From the NCBI GenBank assembly GCA_963666365.2, contig CAXXNF010000002.1, forward strand, positions 2,112,001 through 2,176,000: a stretch of DNA of 64,000 bases. Reading direction: 5' to 3'. The notes beneath the pieces are model-generated. The model ran no database searches. It was not told where the DNA came from and saw only the letters and a program-made list of their open reading frames with translations. A program made the translations under genes and the position numbers. Shown piece after piece: positions 43,583-52,315 of the stretch (position 1 is the stretch's first letter; every line of letters begins with the position of its first letter). This stretch comes from Syntrophales bacterium. Lineage in GTDB: Bacteria; Desulfobacterota; Syntrophia; Syntrophales; UBA2210.

Positions 43583-44287
43583 ATGATTAATGAAAAAAAA
43601 GACATGTCACGGAAAAAAGACCTGAAAATCCTTATTGAGGATTACCTGGAGCGGGACATTCTGCAAATGGAAACCCTTTTTGACAGGCGAAGACATGACG
43701 CAACGGCACTTTTCAGCAGAATCTTCCAACTGCTGGGAGCACCAGAAATTGATGCTGACGACCTGACGCCTTATGAATTGAAGGAAACTGTCCTGGAATG
43801 GCATGGGCTCTTGTCGCCAATCTGGGGGAAAATTAAGAATGCTTTTCTTGATTATCGTAACCATGTTCTTCCAGAAAAAAGAACGCACCAACGTATGATT
43901 ACATCGGCACAAAATCCTTTGTCACCACTCAGCAAATACAGGGATCTAGTGGAACACACACCTGCCTTTCCCGAGGAAAAAACCTACGCCATAAAAGCTC
44001 GACGAATGCCAGTCACTATAAATCTTTCCTTCTCTTCCGAAAAATTTCATATCTCCATGGAGGGTCTCAGAATACTCGATAATTTTCTTCTTCATCTTAA
44101 GGATGTGCCCATAGAGAGCTTATATCCCTGCGACCACTGCGGGAAGATCATTGTGGCAACCAGAAAGGGAAAACGATATCATGCGGGATGTGCCGCCAAA
44201 GCGAAACAGAAAGAACGGTGGGAAAAAGATCCTGAAGGATGTCGCGAGAAAGAACGACAGCGATATCGGGAACGAAAAAAAACATAA
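43583..44287 (+). CDS. hypothetical protein with C-terminal CGNR-like zinc finger
   Basis: CDHCGK..KRYHAGCAAKAKQKER. Confidence 0.6.
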   Translation: MINEKKDMSRKKDLKILIEDYLERDILQMETLFDRRRHDATALFSRIFQLLGAPEIDADDLTPYELKETVLEWHGLLSPIWGKIKNAFLDYRNHVLPEKRTHQRMITSAQNPLSPLSKYRDLVEHTPAFPEEKTYAIKARRMPVTINLSFSSEKFHISMEGLRILDNFLLHLKDVPIESLYPCDHCGKIIVATRKGKRYHAGCAAKAKQKERWEKDPEGCREKERQRYRERKKT

Positions 44288-44454
44288 AGAATAAACAAGA
44301 GGTTCTGTAAATGCGATAAATACTGTCCGCATTGAAGTAAGGTCCCGATAAAAATTAAGAAAAATGGGATCCCGGTAATCTATGGAGGCATGGAGAAGGG
44401 TACAAAAGATGGAACGGAACGCTGTTGGGGTTTCCCATACCAGATGTGGGGTGA

Positions 44455-45525
44455 CTATTTCATTAAGTCCTTCTTCTGCTCTTCACTCCTCTTCTTGTAT
44501 GTCGCTGCATATGCGGCACATAAATTTGAGCAATACTCTTTATTAGCTTTGGGGAATTTTACGAAGAGCCTTTTCTGGCGACATGATTTGTTTCCGCAAA
44601 TGCCAAAATAATCGAGGCTGACGTGGGAAAACATCATCATAATTAGATGTGCTAACTCATTTTTCGCATTTGTAAACCTCTTTTTAAAGTTGTCATCGAG
44701 ATAAACATGCAGGCTGTGGTAATTGAAATCCTTTGTGGGCCTTTCTTTGCTCAAAATGTTCGGGAAATAGCATTCAATCAGTGAATATTCATCCAAGGCA
44801 ATCATTGCTTTAATGTCACTTATAATAGAATCGAGTAGTGAAAAAACATCTTCAACCCACAATTCAAATAACTTTATGTTGATCATAGGGTATCCGTTTC
44901 GTTTCTGATAGTGGAAATAGGCAACCACATCATTGGTTAACGTACGGAAAGCCTCTTGAACCTCCTGCTCAGAAACCCCGTCCAGAAGACTGTGCAGGAA
45001 ATCGTTGTCAGGTTTTTTAAACTCGCGTGCAAACTCTTCCTGCAACGTGTCCGCTTTGGCTTCCGAAAAACTTTCAATTCCCTTTTTCCTAAAATATAAC
45101 GACTCTAAAACTGCGTATTCTCTGATTTCCGGTTTTTCTAAAACACCGTCAGCAAGATTGAATGCCAGAACAACATCGTCGGGATTTGAAAAGTCAAAGT
45201 GGTCATTGTTATATATGTCGATAAAATGCTTTCGTGTGACTGGTGATGAAAACCAGGAATCAACCCGGTCGATGGAAGGTTTTTCCTGCAGATCGTACAA
45301 TGGTGCTCTTTTTCCTCGAAGGAATTTCCTGAAATTGACCACCATAGCCCTTGTCGGTCCCTCCCCCTCCTTTAAAAAGGGTGCATACAACATCCAAAAG
45401 GTTTGCATCTTGTCTATGAGGATAGCCCTCTTTTTCTGCGATCGTTTATTATCGTAATAAAATTGCTCGATTAGGAATTTCAGACCCCACAATTTTTGTG
45501 TCAGATGGCTATCGATCCCTTCCAT
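44455..45525 (-). CDS. hypothetical protein with C-terminal CGNR-like zinc finger
   Basis: CGNKSC..LF..KEYCSNLCAAYA..YKKR; ATG after AGGAG. Confidence 0.6.
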   Translation of the reverse strand: MEGIDSHLTQKLWGLKFLIEQFYYDNKRSQKKRAILIDKMQTFWMLYAPFLKEGEGPTRAMVVNFRKFLRGKRAPLYDLQEKPSIDRVDSWFSSPVTRKHFIDIYNNDHFDFSNPDDVVLAFNLADGVLEKPEIREYAVLESLYFRKKGIESFSEAKADTLQEEFAREFKKPDNDFLHSLLDGVSEQEVQEAFRTLTNDVVAYFHYQKRNGYPMINIKLFELWVEDVFSLLDSIISDIKAMIALDEYSLIECYFPNILSKERPTKDFNYHSLHVYLDDNFKKRFTNAKNELAHLIMMMFSHVSLDYFGICGNKSCRQKRLFVKFPKANKEYCSNLCAAYAATYKKRSEEQKKDLMK

Positions 45526-45587
45526 GTTTAATGAACTCCTCAAGTTTTTGCAATAGTTCGTTAAAAATAAATCAATATTATCAACTA

Positions 45588-45620
45588 GTTATTGACATTT
45601 AAAATCGAATGTCATATTTT
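45588..45620 (+). promoter_or_regulatory. promoter of rightward operon with overlapping palindromic operator
   Basis: TTGACA-N17-TATTTT overlapped by TGACATT-N8-AATGTCA. Confidence 0.6.
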
Positions 45621-45724
45621 TTCATTAAACACGGTTGCAACCATAAAATCAAGCAATTTGCCCCCTCACTTGAGGCAGAGGCAACCACATCAAGACCGAA
45701 ACAACGGTCAAGGAGAAAAGAGAT

Positions 45725-45952
45725 ATGTTTATGCACAAACACAAAATAGCAGCCATTAATGAACAACTGGCGTCCCGGCTGGGAAAAATGGACCCTACGG
45801 GACTTAGCATGAAGAGAAGAACTGAAACCATTCTGATCGATATGCTGGACAGATTACCACCTGGTTGGAATGCTCAGGACCCTGCCTGTACGGTGAAGTC
45901 GCGCAAGAGAAGAAGGCGTAGACGAGGACCTCGCGTTCTAACTTCCAACTAA
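45725..45952 (+). CDS. small protein with arginine-rich C-terminal motif
   Basis: RBS AAGGAG; KSRKRRRRRRGPR. Confidence 0.55.
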   Translation: MFMHKHKIAAINEQLASRLGKMDPTGLSMKRRTETILIDMLDRLPPGWNAQDPACTVKSRKRRRRRRGPRVLTSN

Positions 45953-45998
45953 AACGGATAAGTCATTATAACAGTCACCGAATTGATGGTCTCATAGG

Positions 45999-46110
45999 GA
46001 AAGGAGGTACAATTATGAAGATATAAGCATATCATCGGATCAGCACTAATTTAAAATTTATAGACACATGTGGGGCCGGTTTTTTTCTGTGAAAGCCGGC
46101 CCTTTTTATT
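45999..46110 (+). promoter_or_regulatory. SD-minigene(MKI*)-terminator module 1
   Basis: GAAAGGAGGT-6nt-ATG AAG ATA TAA (46015-46026); GGGCCGGT/GCCGGCCC stem + TTTTTATT. Confidence 0.6.
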
Positions 46111-46137
46111 AACCTGAAACAGGAAGGAGAAATAAAA

Positions 46138-47202
46138 ATGTCGAATGACGAAAATATTACGAACTTAGAAGTAGAAAACGAAGTCATCACGGATGAGAAC
46201 AATCAGCATAACATTCCTTCAGTCGATGTAAATCATGACTCGATAGAGCCCGAATCAGAATACTGGTCCTATATGGGTACCGATAGTACCGCTGTTAACG
46301 AAATTAGAATATGCAGTGTCGGTGAGGAATTGGATGATGCGGAGGGTTACGGAGAGCGAATCAATGCCTGGACCGGGGAACTTGAGGCAAACCTCGTCGA
46401 GGGTAGAACAAGGCCCATCAATGATTTACTAAGCGATGGGGTTACCATGGTCCGTGAAATATCAGCAGACGCCAACAGCCTGATCAACTCCGCGAACCGT
46501 GATTTTGCGAACCGGGCTATTCAAATCGGTATTCTCTGCATCAAACTCAAGAGCCTGCTTTCGGAATCCAAGAGAAAATGGGGCCCCTGGGCAGAGGAAA
46601 ACCTCCCTTTCATAGCCCGACGCAACCGTGAAAAATATATGCGGCTTGCGAAACGTAAAGATTGCTGGCCCTTCAGCTTCCTGGGCGTTGACCGTCTCGA
46701 TGAGCTCTGCGCGGCGACCGAAAAGATGTCAGGCGAGGATAGAATTGGAGATCTCTTTCGCACCTACGGGATCCCCTTCGATGAAGGCTCGGAACTCAAC
46801 ATGACCGAATTTCGGCTCAAGATCGACACTGCCATCGCCAATGAACGGCTTATCAAAAAAAGCATAACAATTGATCCTGCCCTGGTCGAGGCCGTGATTC
46901 GCCAGGGAATCGAAGTTGACGGCGCCCTTATTCGTCGGTTGTCGGACGCAATAAGTTCCGGCGGAAATCCATCCATGCTGCTTGAAAAAATTTCCCTTGA
47001 GGGCGGCCAGGAGCCACAGAGCAAGGCACCGGAAACGCGAGTCAGAGATTTTAATAGTCTTTCCAATAAGTTGATCAAAACGATTGAATTCATTGCGGGA
47101 GACAGGGACCATCTGGACAGAATCGACAGGGAGAGCCTGGAGAGGCTCCTGGAAAAACTTCAGGGTATTCTGGAGCAATTTCAGCCTGAAACGGTAGCGT
47201 GA
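46138..47202 (+). CDS. hypothetical protein with DUF3102-like domain
   Basis: AIQIGILCIKLK..KWGPWAEENLPFIARRNREKYMRLAK; acidic N-terminus. Confidence 0.55.
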   Translation: MSNDENITNLEVENEVITDENNQHNIPSVDVNHDSIEPESEYWSYMGTDSTAVNEIRICSVGEELDDAEGYGERINAWTGELEANLVEGRTRPINDLLSDGVTMVREISADANSLINSANRDFANRAIQIGILCIKLKSLLSESKRKWGPWAEENLPFIARRNREKYMRLAKRKDCWPFSFLGVDRLDELCAATEKMSGEDRIGDLFRTYGIPFDEGSELNMTEFRLKIDTAIANERLIKKSITIDPALVEAVIRQGIEVDGALIRRLSDAISSGGNPSMLLEKISLEGGQEPQSKAPETRVRDFNSLSNKLIKTIEFIAGDRDHLDRIDRESLERLLEKLQGILEQFQPETVA

Positions 47203-47215
47203 CTTTTAACAATCC

Positions 47216-47258
47216 GGCCCCTTACCGTCTCCGTAATGGTGGGGGGCCTTCACTTTTT
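47216..47258 (+). terminator. intergenic terminator-like hairpin
   Basis: GGCCCCTTACCGT/ATGGTGGGGGGCC then TTCACTTTTT. Confidence 0.55.
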
Positions 47259-47274
47259 ATAAGGAGATACAATC

Positions 47275-48156
47275 ATGAAATTTTACCAAGCCTCCATGAG
47301 TTTGCGAATTCTGCAGAGGTACTGGAAAGTATTCGGTGAGAAAGTCAATATCCTGCTCTCTTTTGCCTATGTCGGCTCTGACTTTTCGAACATTGTCACC
47401 AACTGTCGGCACATGGTGAAGGGACTCGTTCTCGATTCCGGTGCGTGGTCCGTTGCCACGGGTGTTGCCGACCTTTCGCTGCAAAACTACATGGCGTTCA
47501 CAAAACTCCATGGTCATCGCTTCGATCGATATTTCAATTTCGACACAGACTTCAGTGATAGCGGCTTTGATCACAACGTAGCCCACCAGCTGATCATGGA
47601 GCGGGAGGGACTTTCCCCAGTTCCCGTGGTTCACAATCTCTTTGACGGTGAGATCGATTATTATGTTCAGTCCGGCAGATATGACTATCTCGCGTTGGGT
47701 TCGAGCCAGACAACCAATTATGACGACCTGGCCTATGGGGTTCATCGAATCAAGAAGGCAAAGGAGGACATGAAAATTCACTGGTTCGGCGGCGGCAGGT
47801 ATGACTGGCTCAGCAGATTGCCCATAACATCCTGCGACACATCATCGTGGGCATCACTCGGCAAGTTCGGTTTCATCATGTACTGGAACCAGCATCAACC
47901 GGGGCCGAACAAGGCTGACAAAATATACGTCAGCGGCACAGTGCGACCGGTAAAGGAAGATGAGTTTCTCTACACCACCTATCCCTGGAGAGAGGAACTT
48001 GACCGCTACATTTTCACGGTCTTTGGGCTCACCTTTCATGATCTCTGTGCCTACGAGGGAGCCTTCAACATGCAGCTGATCAATACCAGGTTCTATGCGG
48101 AAATGGAAAAACGGATCAATGAGGAGCGGACCCGCCGGGGAATCGCACTGGAATAA
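47275..48156 (+). CDS. tRNA-guanine transglycosylase-like (TGT/DpdA-like) protein
   Basis: LVLDSGAWS, YFNFD, PVPVVH, YLALG, KIHWFG, SCDTSSW in TGT barrel order. Confidence 0.7.
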   Translation: MKFYQASMSLRILQRYWKVFGEKVNILLSFAYVGSDFSNIVTNCRHMVKGLVLDSGAWSVATGVADLSLQNYMAFTKLHGHRFDRYFNFDTDFSDSGFDHNVAHQLIMEREGLSPVPVVHNLFDGEIDYYVQSGRYDYLALGSSQTTNYDDLAYGVHRIKKAKEDMKIHWFGGGRYDWLSRLPITSCDTSSWASLGKFGFIMYWNQHQPGPNKADKIYVSGTVRPVKEDEFLYTTYPWREELDRYIFTVFGLTFHDLCAYEGAFNMQLINTRFYAEMEKRINEERTRRGIALE

Positions 48157-48288
48157 AAAACGCAGGAGTCTGCGCTTTTTAAATATTCAACGAAAGGAGG
48201 TATCATTATGGAATAACTATTATTGATACAAGTTGTTAGGACTACAATGGAAGTGGGACGTCTCCAGGAAGGGCGTCCCTTTTTTATT
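48157..48288 (+). promoter_or_regulatory. palindrome + SD-minigene(ME*)-terminator module 2
   Basis: ACGCAGGAGTCTGCG; GAAAGGAGGT-6nt-ATG GAA TAA (48208-48216); GGGACGTCT/GGGCGTCCC + TTTTTTATT. Confidence 0.6.
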
Positions 48289-48359
48289 CCAGCACCATGA
48301 ACAGCGGAAGCATCCGGCCTGGCGGACTCCTAGAAAAAAATACAGAAAGGATAAAACAA

Positions 48360-48908
48360 ATGTCAGGAAAAGTCTTTGATGACCTAAAAAGAATTTTCGA
48401 ACAAATTGGCATCCAGATGGACGATGAAGATGAATTGGTTAATTCGGTTTATACCTTAGTGGGCTTTTATGATTACAGAAAAGTTGAAATGTGTGTGGCA
48501 CTCGAACATCATTACTGGCCCCACTTTTCCAAAATCTGGATTGGCGAAATAACGGTGCCAATAGAAAAGATATCTGCTGCCTATGAGCTTATTAGCAGAA
48601 TCAATTCACTGCTTGTATATGATCATTTTAAAATCGACCCCGAAAGTGGTGAAATCGGATTGTATGCTGGTTTTTATAGTGGAATGGTCGGATGCGACGA
48701 AGATGAAGAGGAATTAAATGATGGTTTGGATACATATAGTTTTATGCATATCCGTATGTTGATTTATCAGATGATCCGACATTTTTCCCTTTTTTCACCA
48801 TTGTTTAACACATTAACTAAAACCGATAAGCTTCCATCTGTTATCATGGAAGAATTTTGGAACAAACTTTCCAAAAAAAATAAAGCTGAATTGAGAGAGT
48901 ATCTCTAA
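48360..48908 (+). CDS. YbjN-like (T3SS-chaperone fold) protein 1
   Basis: VPIEKISAAYELISRINS..HFKIDPESGEI; RBS GAAAGGA. Confidence 0.55.
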   Translation: MSGKVFDDLKRIFEQIGIQMDDEDELVNSVYTLVGFYDYRKVEMCVALEHHYWPHFSKIWIGEITVPIEKISAAYELISRINSLLVYDHFKIDPESGEIGLYAGFYSGMVGCDEDEEELNDGLDTYSFMHIRMLIYQMIRHFSLFSPLFNTLTKTDKLPSVIMEEFWNKLSKKNKAELREYL

Positions 48909-48950
48909 TAATCTTCCCAAAGGGACCATCGTGGAATACCGCTGGAATGA

Positions 48951-49096
48951 AAAACGCAGGAGTCTGCGTTTATTGAGAAAGGGGTGAGCGGATATATGAT
49001 TGCATGAAAACGGTTTTCGGTTAAGCAACTCAAATAATTCAGGTATACGCAATGATAAAGGGGATTGTCTCTCAAACGGGACGCCCCTTTTTTATT
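48951..49096 (+). promoter_or_regulatory. palindrome + SD-minigene(MIA*)-terminator module 3
   Basis: ACGCAGGAGTCTGCGT; GAAAGGGGTG-9nt-ATG ATT GCA TGA (48996-49007); GGGGATTGTCTC/GGGACGCCCC + TTTTTTATT. Confidence 0.55.
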
Positions 49097-49127
49097 GCCA
49101 TTAATCAAAGAAAGGTAGGATTTTGAA

Positions 49128-50123
49128 ATGAATAAGATGAATAAGTTTACCGCTAAAGACAAACAGATCTTCGATGACATGAAGCAATGCGTCAAGGATC
49201 TCGGATTAAAAATTGTTGATGAGTATGTGGAGGAAGGGGTTCTTTTGGGAATGTCTACGTTTGAATACCCAGGTTACAACTTGGGGATCTTTTTTTCCTA
49301 TACCCCGTCAACGAATATGGCGTCGGTGGTTTTGGGGTATGCAGATATACCGGTTGAGAAGCTTCCAGCTCTGTATGATTTGCTAAACCGCATTAACGGA
49401 CACCTGATAGGCAACCACTTTTCTATCAATCCTGAACTTAGGATTCTTCTCATGCATTCAGGCATGGAAGTGACTGGCTACTTCCTCGATAAAGCGGCAT
49501 TTATGGGTATCCTTGGACATGATCTCGGCTCAGGACATACGTTTATGCCCTTGATTGGCAAGGTCCTGGCGAGTGATCAAACACCCCAGGCGGTGATGGA
49601 GGAATTTATGAAACAAAAACACAAGATGCCTCGTACCCTGTTTATGCAGGATGGGACGCTCAGAGTGGAACAGGAGGCAGAGGATCTTCCATTCTTCATA
49701 CATGTGTATAAAGATATGCCTGCTTTTCCCACCCACACCCATGGCCTCACAGAACTGGGCATGCCAGAGTTTTTAATGGATCCTCTTTCATTTGGTCAAA
49801 AGGGAACGTACACGCTCGTCATTGTGTCGTACAACTATTTCAGCTGTCCCGAGAATAAAGCTAAGCTGGAAGCCATTATGAATGGGAAAATTGTCAAATT
49901 GACGCACCGTGACCTGGCGCCTGACGGATGCGGTGAAGACCCTTACGTCTATTGCTACCGCAGGGTCTATCCAGAGTTCGAGATGGTCAGGCAAGCATAC
50001 AACATCGACGAGGAAAAGGAACAATCAGACGCCTCTCCGGAAGTGTGTTTTGTCCAGATCTACGTTGAGGGAGATGATCATGTCTTGACTGACGATTACT
50101 ACAAGGGCGGGGTTATGTGGTAG
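49128..50123 (+). CDS. YbjN-like protein 2 with extra C-terminal domain
   Basis: IPVEKLPALYDLLNRINGH..FSINPE; C-terminal THTHGLTELGMPEF (DUF4261/4262-like). Confidence 0.55.
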   Translation: MNKMNKFTAKDKQIFDDMKQCVKDLGLKIVDEYVEEGVLLGMSTFEYPGYNLGIFFSYTPSTNMASVVLGYADIPVEKLPALYDLLNRINGHLIGNHFSINPELRILLMHSGMEVTGYFLDKAAFMGILGHDLGSGHTFMPLIGKVLASDQTPQAVMEEFMKQKHKMPRTLFMQDGTLRVEQEAEDLPFFIHVYKDMPAFPTHTHGLTELGMPEFLMDPLSFGQKGTYTLVIVSYNYFSCPENKAKLEAIMNGKIVKLTHRDLAPDGCGEDPYVYCYRRVYPEFEMVRQAYNIDEEKEQSDASPEVCFVQIYVEGDDHVLTDDYYKGGVMW

Positions 50124-50142
50124 GGTAATCAAAAACTAATAC

Positions 50143-50189
50143 ATGACAAAGGGGATCGATCGTGCCCGAGATTGATCCCCTTTTGTCAT
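50143..50189 (+). terminator. intergenic hairpin
   Basis: ATGACAAAGGGGATC / GATCCCCTTTTGTCAT. Confidence 0.65.
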
Positions 50190-50220
50190 TTCAGCACTTT
50201 CAGAAAGGAAGGAAAAGACA

Positions 50221-51249
50221 ATGAGTAAAAAGAAAAATAAACAAGGCAATAAGGTCGTAAGGGACTTGAAGGAATGTTTCCGGTCCTTCAATCTACCCGT
50301 CAATAAACTCAAAGGCAATCATGACGATCCCATGAATGTCGTCTTCACCTCTCAGCTCTGTAATGACCAGGCCTGCGCATTTGTAGCCGTTACGTTTGAT
50401 AGGTTTAGAGGATATATCGGCATGGACGCCGCCGCCCTTCGCTTTAAAATTCCTCAAGAGAGAATGGGAGAGACATTGACGCTGTTAAATCTGCTCAATG
50501 AAATCAGGCCTATCTGCAGCTATTCGGTTTGCCCCTGCTGCAATACCGTGTCATATAGGACAGCTTTGTTTCTCTCTGGTGAGACCCTTCCTGTGAGTAA
50601 ATTCAGAAGGCTTATCCAGGATATGCTTGAAGAGACATACCTCTGTTTCCCGTTGATATCCAAAGTGGCCACAGATGGCAATCCCAAGGATCTTCATGCT
50701 CGGTTTATGGATGACCATAAACATCTGATGAGCATGGAAAGTAAGTTGTCCCAAAAAGCAATAAAGCAGATTCTTGATGACATGGGGCAGGTTATGGCCA
50801 ACCTCAAAATACCGATTCATGAGAGGCTCTCTGACGGTTTTGTCACGGATCTCATGCTTGAAGGCATGGATTTTCCGGTCCGTATCGGCGTTACACTGGT
50901 AAAAGAATATGAATTGGTCACGCTGAGCGTTGGACCAGCCTTTACCGTTCCAGATGACAAGATTCCCGTAATGTTGGATTTGGTGAACCGGATCAATAGA
51001 GCGTCCGAGCCAGATCATATGTTCATTAACCAGCAATCAAAGCGGGTGATCCTTGTCAACGGGATTCTGATCGACAATGGCACCTTTGATAAAAGGGAGT
51101 TAGAATTGTCGCTTCAAATCCTGCTGGGAAAAGGAAGGTTAGTCTTTCACACTATCAATGAGCAGCTTTCTTCCAATGAAAGCCCAGAAGATCTTTTCGA
51201 AAAGACGATAAAATATCACGAGAAGATCATCGAGAATCAGAACGTTTAG
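50221..51249 (+). CDS. tandem double YbjN-like protein 3
   Basis: IPQERMGETLTLLNLLNE and VPDDKIPVMLDLVNRINR repeats. Confidence 0.55.
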   Translation: MSKKKNKQGNKVVRDLKECFRSFNLPVNKLKGNHDDPMNVVFTSQLCNDQACAFVAVTFDRFRGYIGMDAAALRFKIPQERMGETLTLLNLLNEIRPICSYSVCPCCNTVSYRTALFLSGETLPVSKFRRLIQDMLEETYLCFPLISKVATDGNPKDLHARFMDDHKHLMSMESKLSQKAIKQILDDMGQVMANLKIPIHERLSDGFVTDLMLEGMDFPVRIGVTLVKEYELVTLSVGPAFTVPDDKIPVMLDLVNRINRASEPDHMFINQQSKRVILVNGILIDNGTFDKRELELSLQILLGKGRLVFHTINEQLSSNESPEDLFEKTIKYHEKIIENQNV

Positions 51250-51254
51250 TTGAT

Positions 51255-51936
51255 TCTGGAAACCCACACCCTGTGGGTGTGGTCATGTGGGATTGGCTGT
51301 GCCAGTCCCGAATGGGTATGGCCAAATAGGCCGCCCACTGCTATCCTTGCTCAGAGTTGTTAGCCACAACAAAAGAGCAAGGAGGAAGCAGTGAGCAGAT
51401 TTCACAAGTTATCACATACGATATGGCATTGTCAGTACCATATTGTATGGGTTCCGAAATACAGATACCGGATTCTGACAGGTGCTGTTCGGGATGCGAC
51501 AGAGGCGGGGATTCAAGCGATATGCGGTTATGCAGGGTGCGAAGTAATCGAGTTAAACGTACAACGTGATCATGTACACCTTGTGGTAATGATACCGCCC
51601 AAGCTGTCGATATCGAATTTGATGGGTCGCGTTAAGGGACAGACATCAATGAAGATGTTTCATCAATTTCGGGAATTGCGGAAGAAGCCCTATTGGGGGA
51701 ATCATTTTTGGGCAAAAGGATATTGTGTTGACACAGTTGGACTGAATGCCGAGATGATTCGGAAGTATGTCCGGTATCAGGAGAAAAAAGAGAAGCAGGA
51801 AGAGCAACTGAGGTTAGATTAAGAGCACAGAGACATGCGGCACAACTCGCTATGCCTCGCCCCCTCTGGGGGCAGAGGCACAATCCCCCTATGGGGGATA
51901 AATTAAAGCCGCGTCCTGTGGGCGCGGATTATTTAC
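51255..51936 (+). mobile_element. IS200/IS605-family element (tnpA only); ends approximate
   Basis: Subterminal hairpins CCACACCC-TGT-GGGTGTGG (51264) and CCGCGTCC-TGT-GGGCGCGG (51909) flanking tnpA. Confidence 0.85.
51391..51822 (+). CDS. tnpA: IS200 Y1 HUH transposase
   Basis: YHIVWVPKYR, DHVHL, FWAKGY, IRKYVRYQ. Confidence 0.95.
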   Translation: MSRFHKLSHTIWHCQYHIVWVPKYRYRILTGAVRDATEAGIQAICGYAGCEVIELNVQRDHVHLVVMIPPKLSISNLMGRVKGQTSMKMFHQFRELRKKPYWGNHFWAKGYCVDTVGLNAEMIRKYVRYQEKKEKQEEQLRLD

Positions 51937-51939
51937 ACT

Positions 51940-51979
51940 AAAAGGGGCTCATACTTTACGTCTGGTATGGGCCCCTTTT
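51940..51979 (+). terminator. terminator hairpin
   Basis: AAAAGGGGCTCATAC / GTATGGGCCCCTTTT. Confidence 0.65.
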
Positions 51980-52129
51980 ACATCCTATTGTCAGATTACG
52001 GAAAGACCATATTAAAATTAGCTTAGAATCTCAAAGAAACAATCCCGCACTGATCTGTCTCTCACCATAGAACAAACTAATGAAGGATCATTTTCCTTTA
52101 ATTATATTTTATGAAGGAGGAATCGAACT

Positions 52130-52315
52130 ATGAAGACAGCCTGTTTTACAAAAGCGTTAACCGTAGCCTTTACCGAAGACATTTACCTGAAAATCAAGGA
52201 AATAACCGATGAGAAAAATATTTCCATGGGGGAATGGGTGCGAATCGCAGCGGAAAGGGAATTGAACAATAACGAGTATATCAAATGTATTTCTGGAGGA
52301 ATCAAGCATGACTAA
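52130..52315 (+). CDS. small RHH/CopG-like DNA-binding protein
   Basis: LTVAFTEDIYLKIKEIT..ISMGEWVRIAAE; RBS AAGGAGG; overlaps primase start. Confidence 0.6.
   Translation: MKTACFTKALTVAFTEDIYLKIKEITDEKNISMGEWVRIAAERELNNNEYIKCISGGIKHD

Noticed and set aside
45953..52000. Gene-hairpin-gene layout as an integron cassette array
   Set aside because: No RYYYAAC/GTTRRRY attC boxes seen, the hairpins are terminator-like, and the integrase is phage-type.
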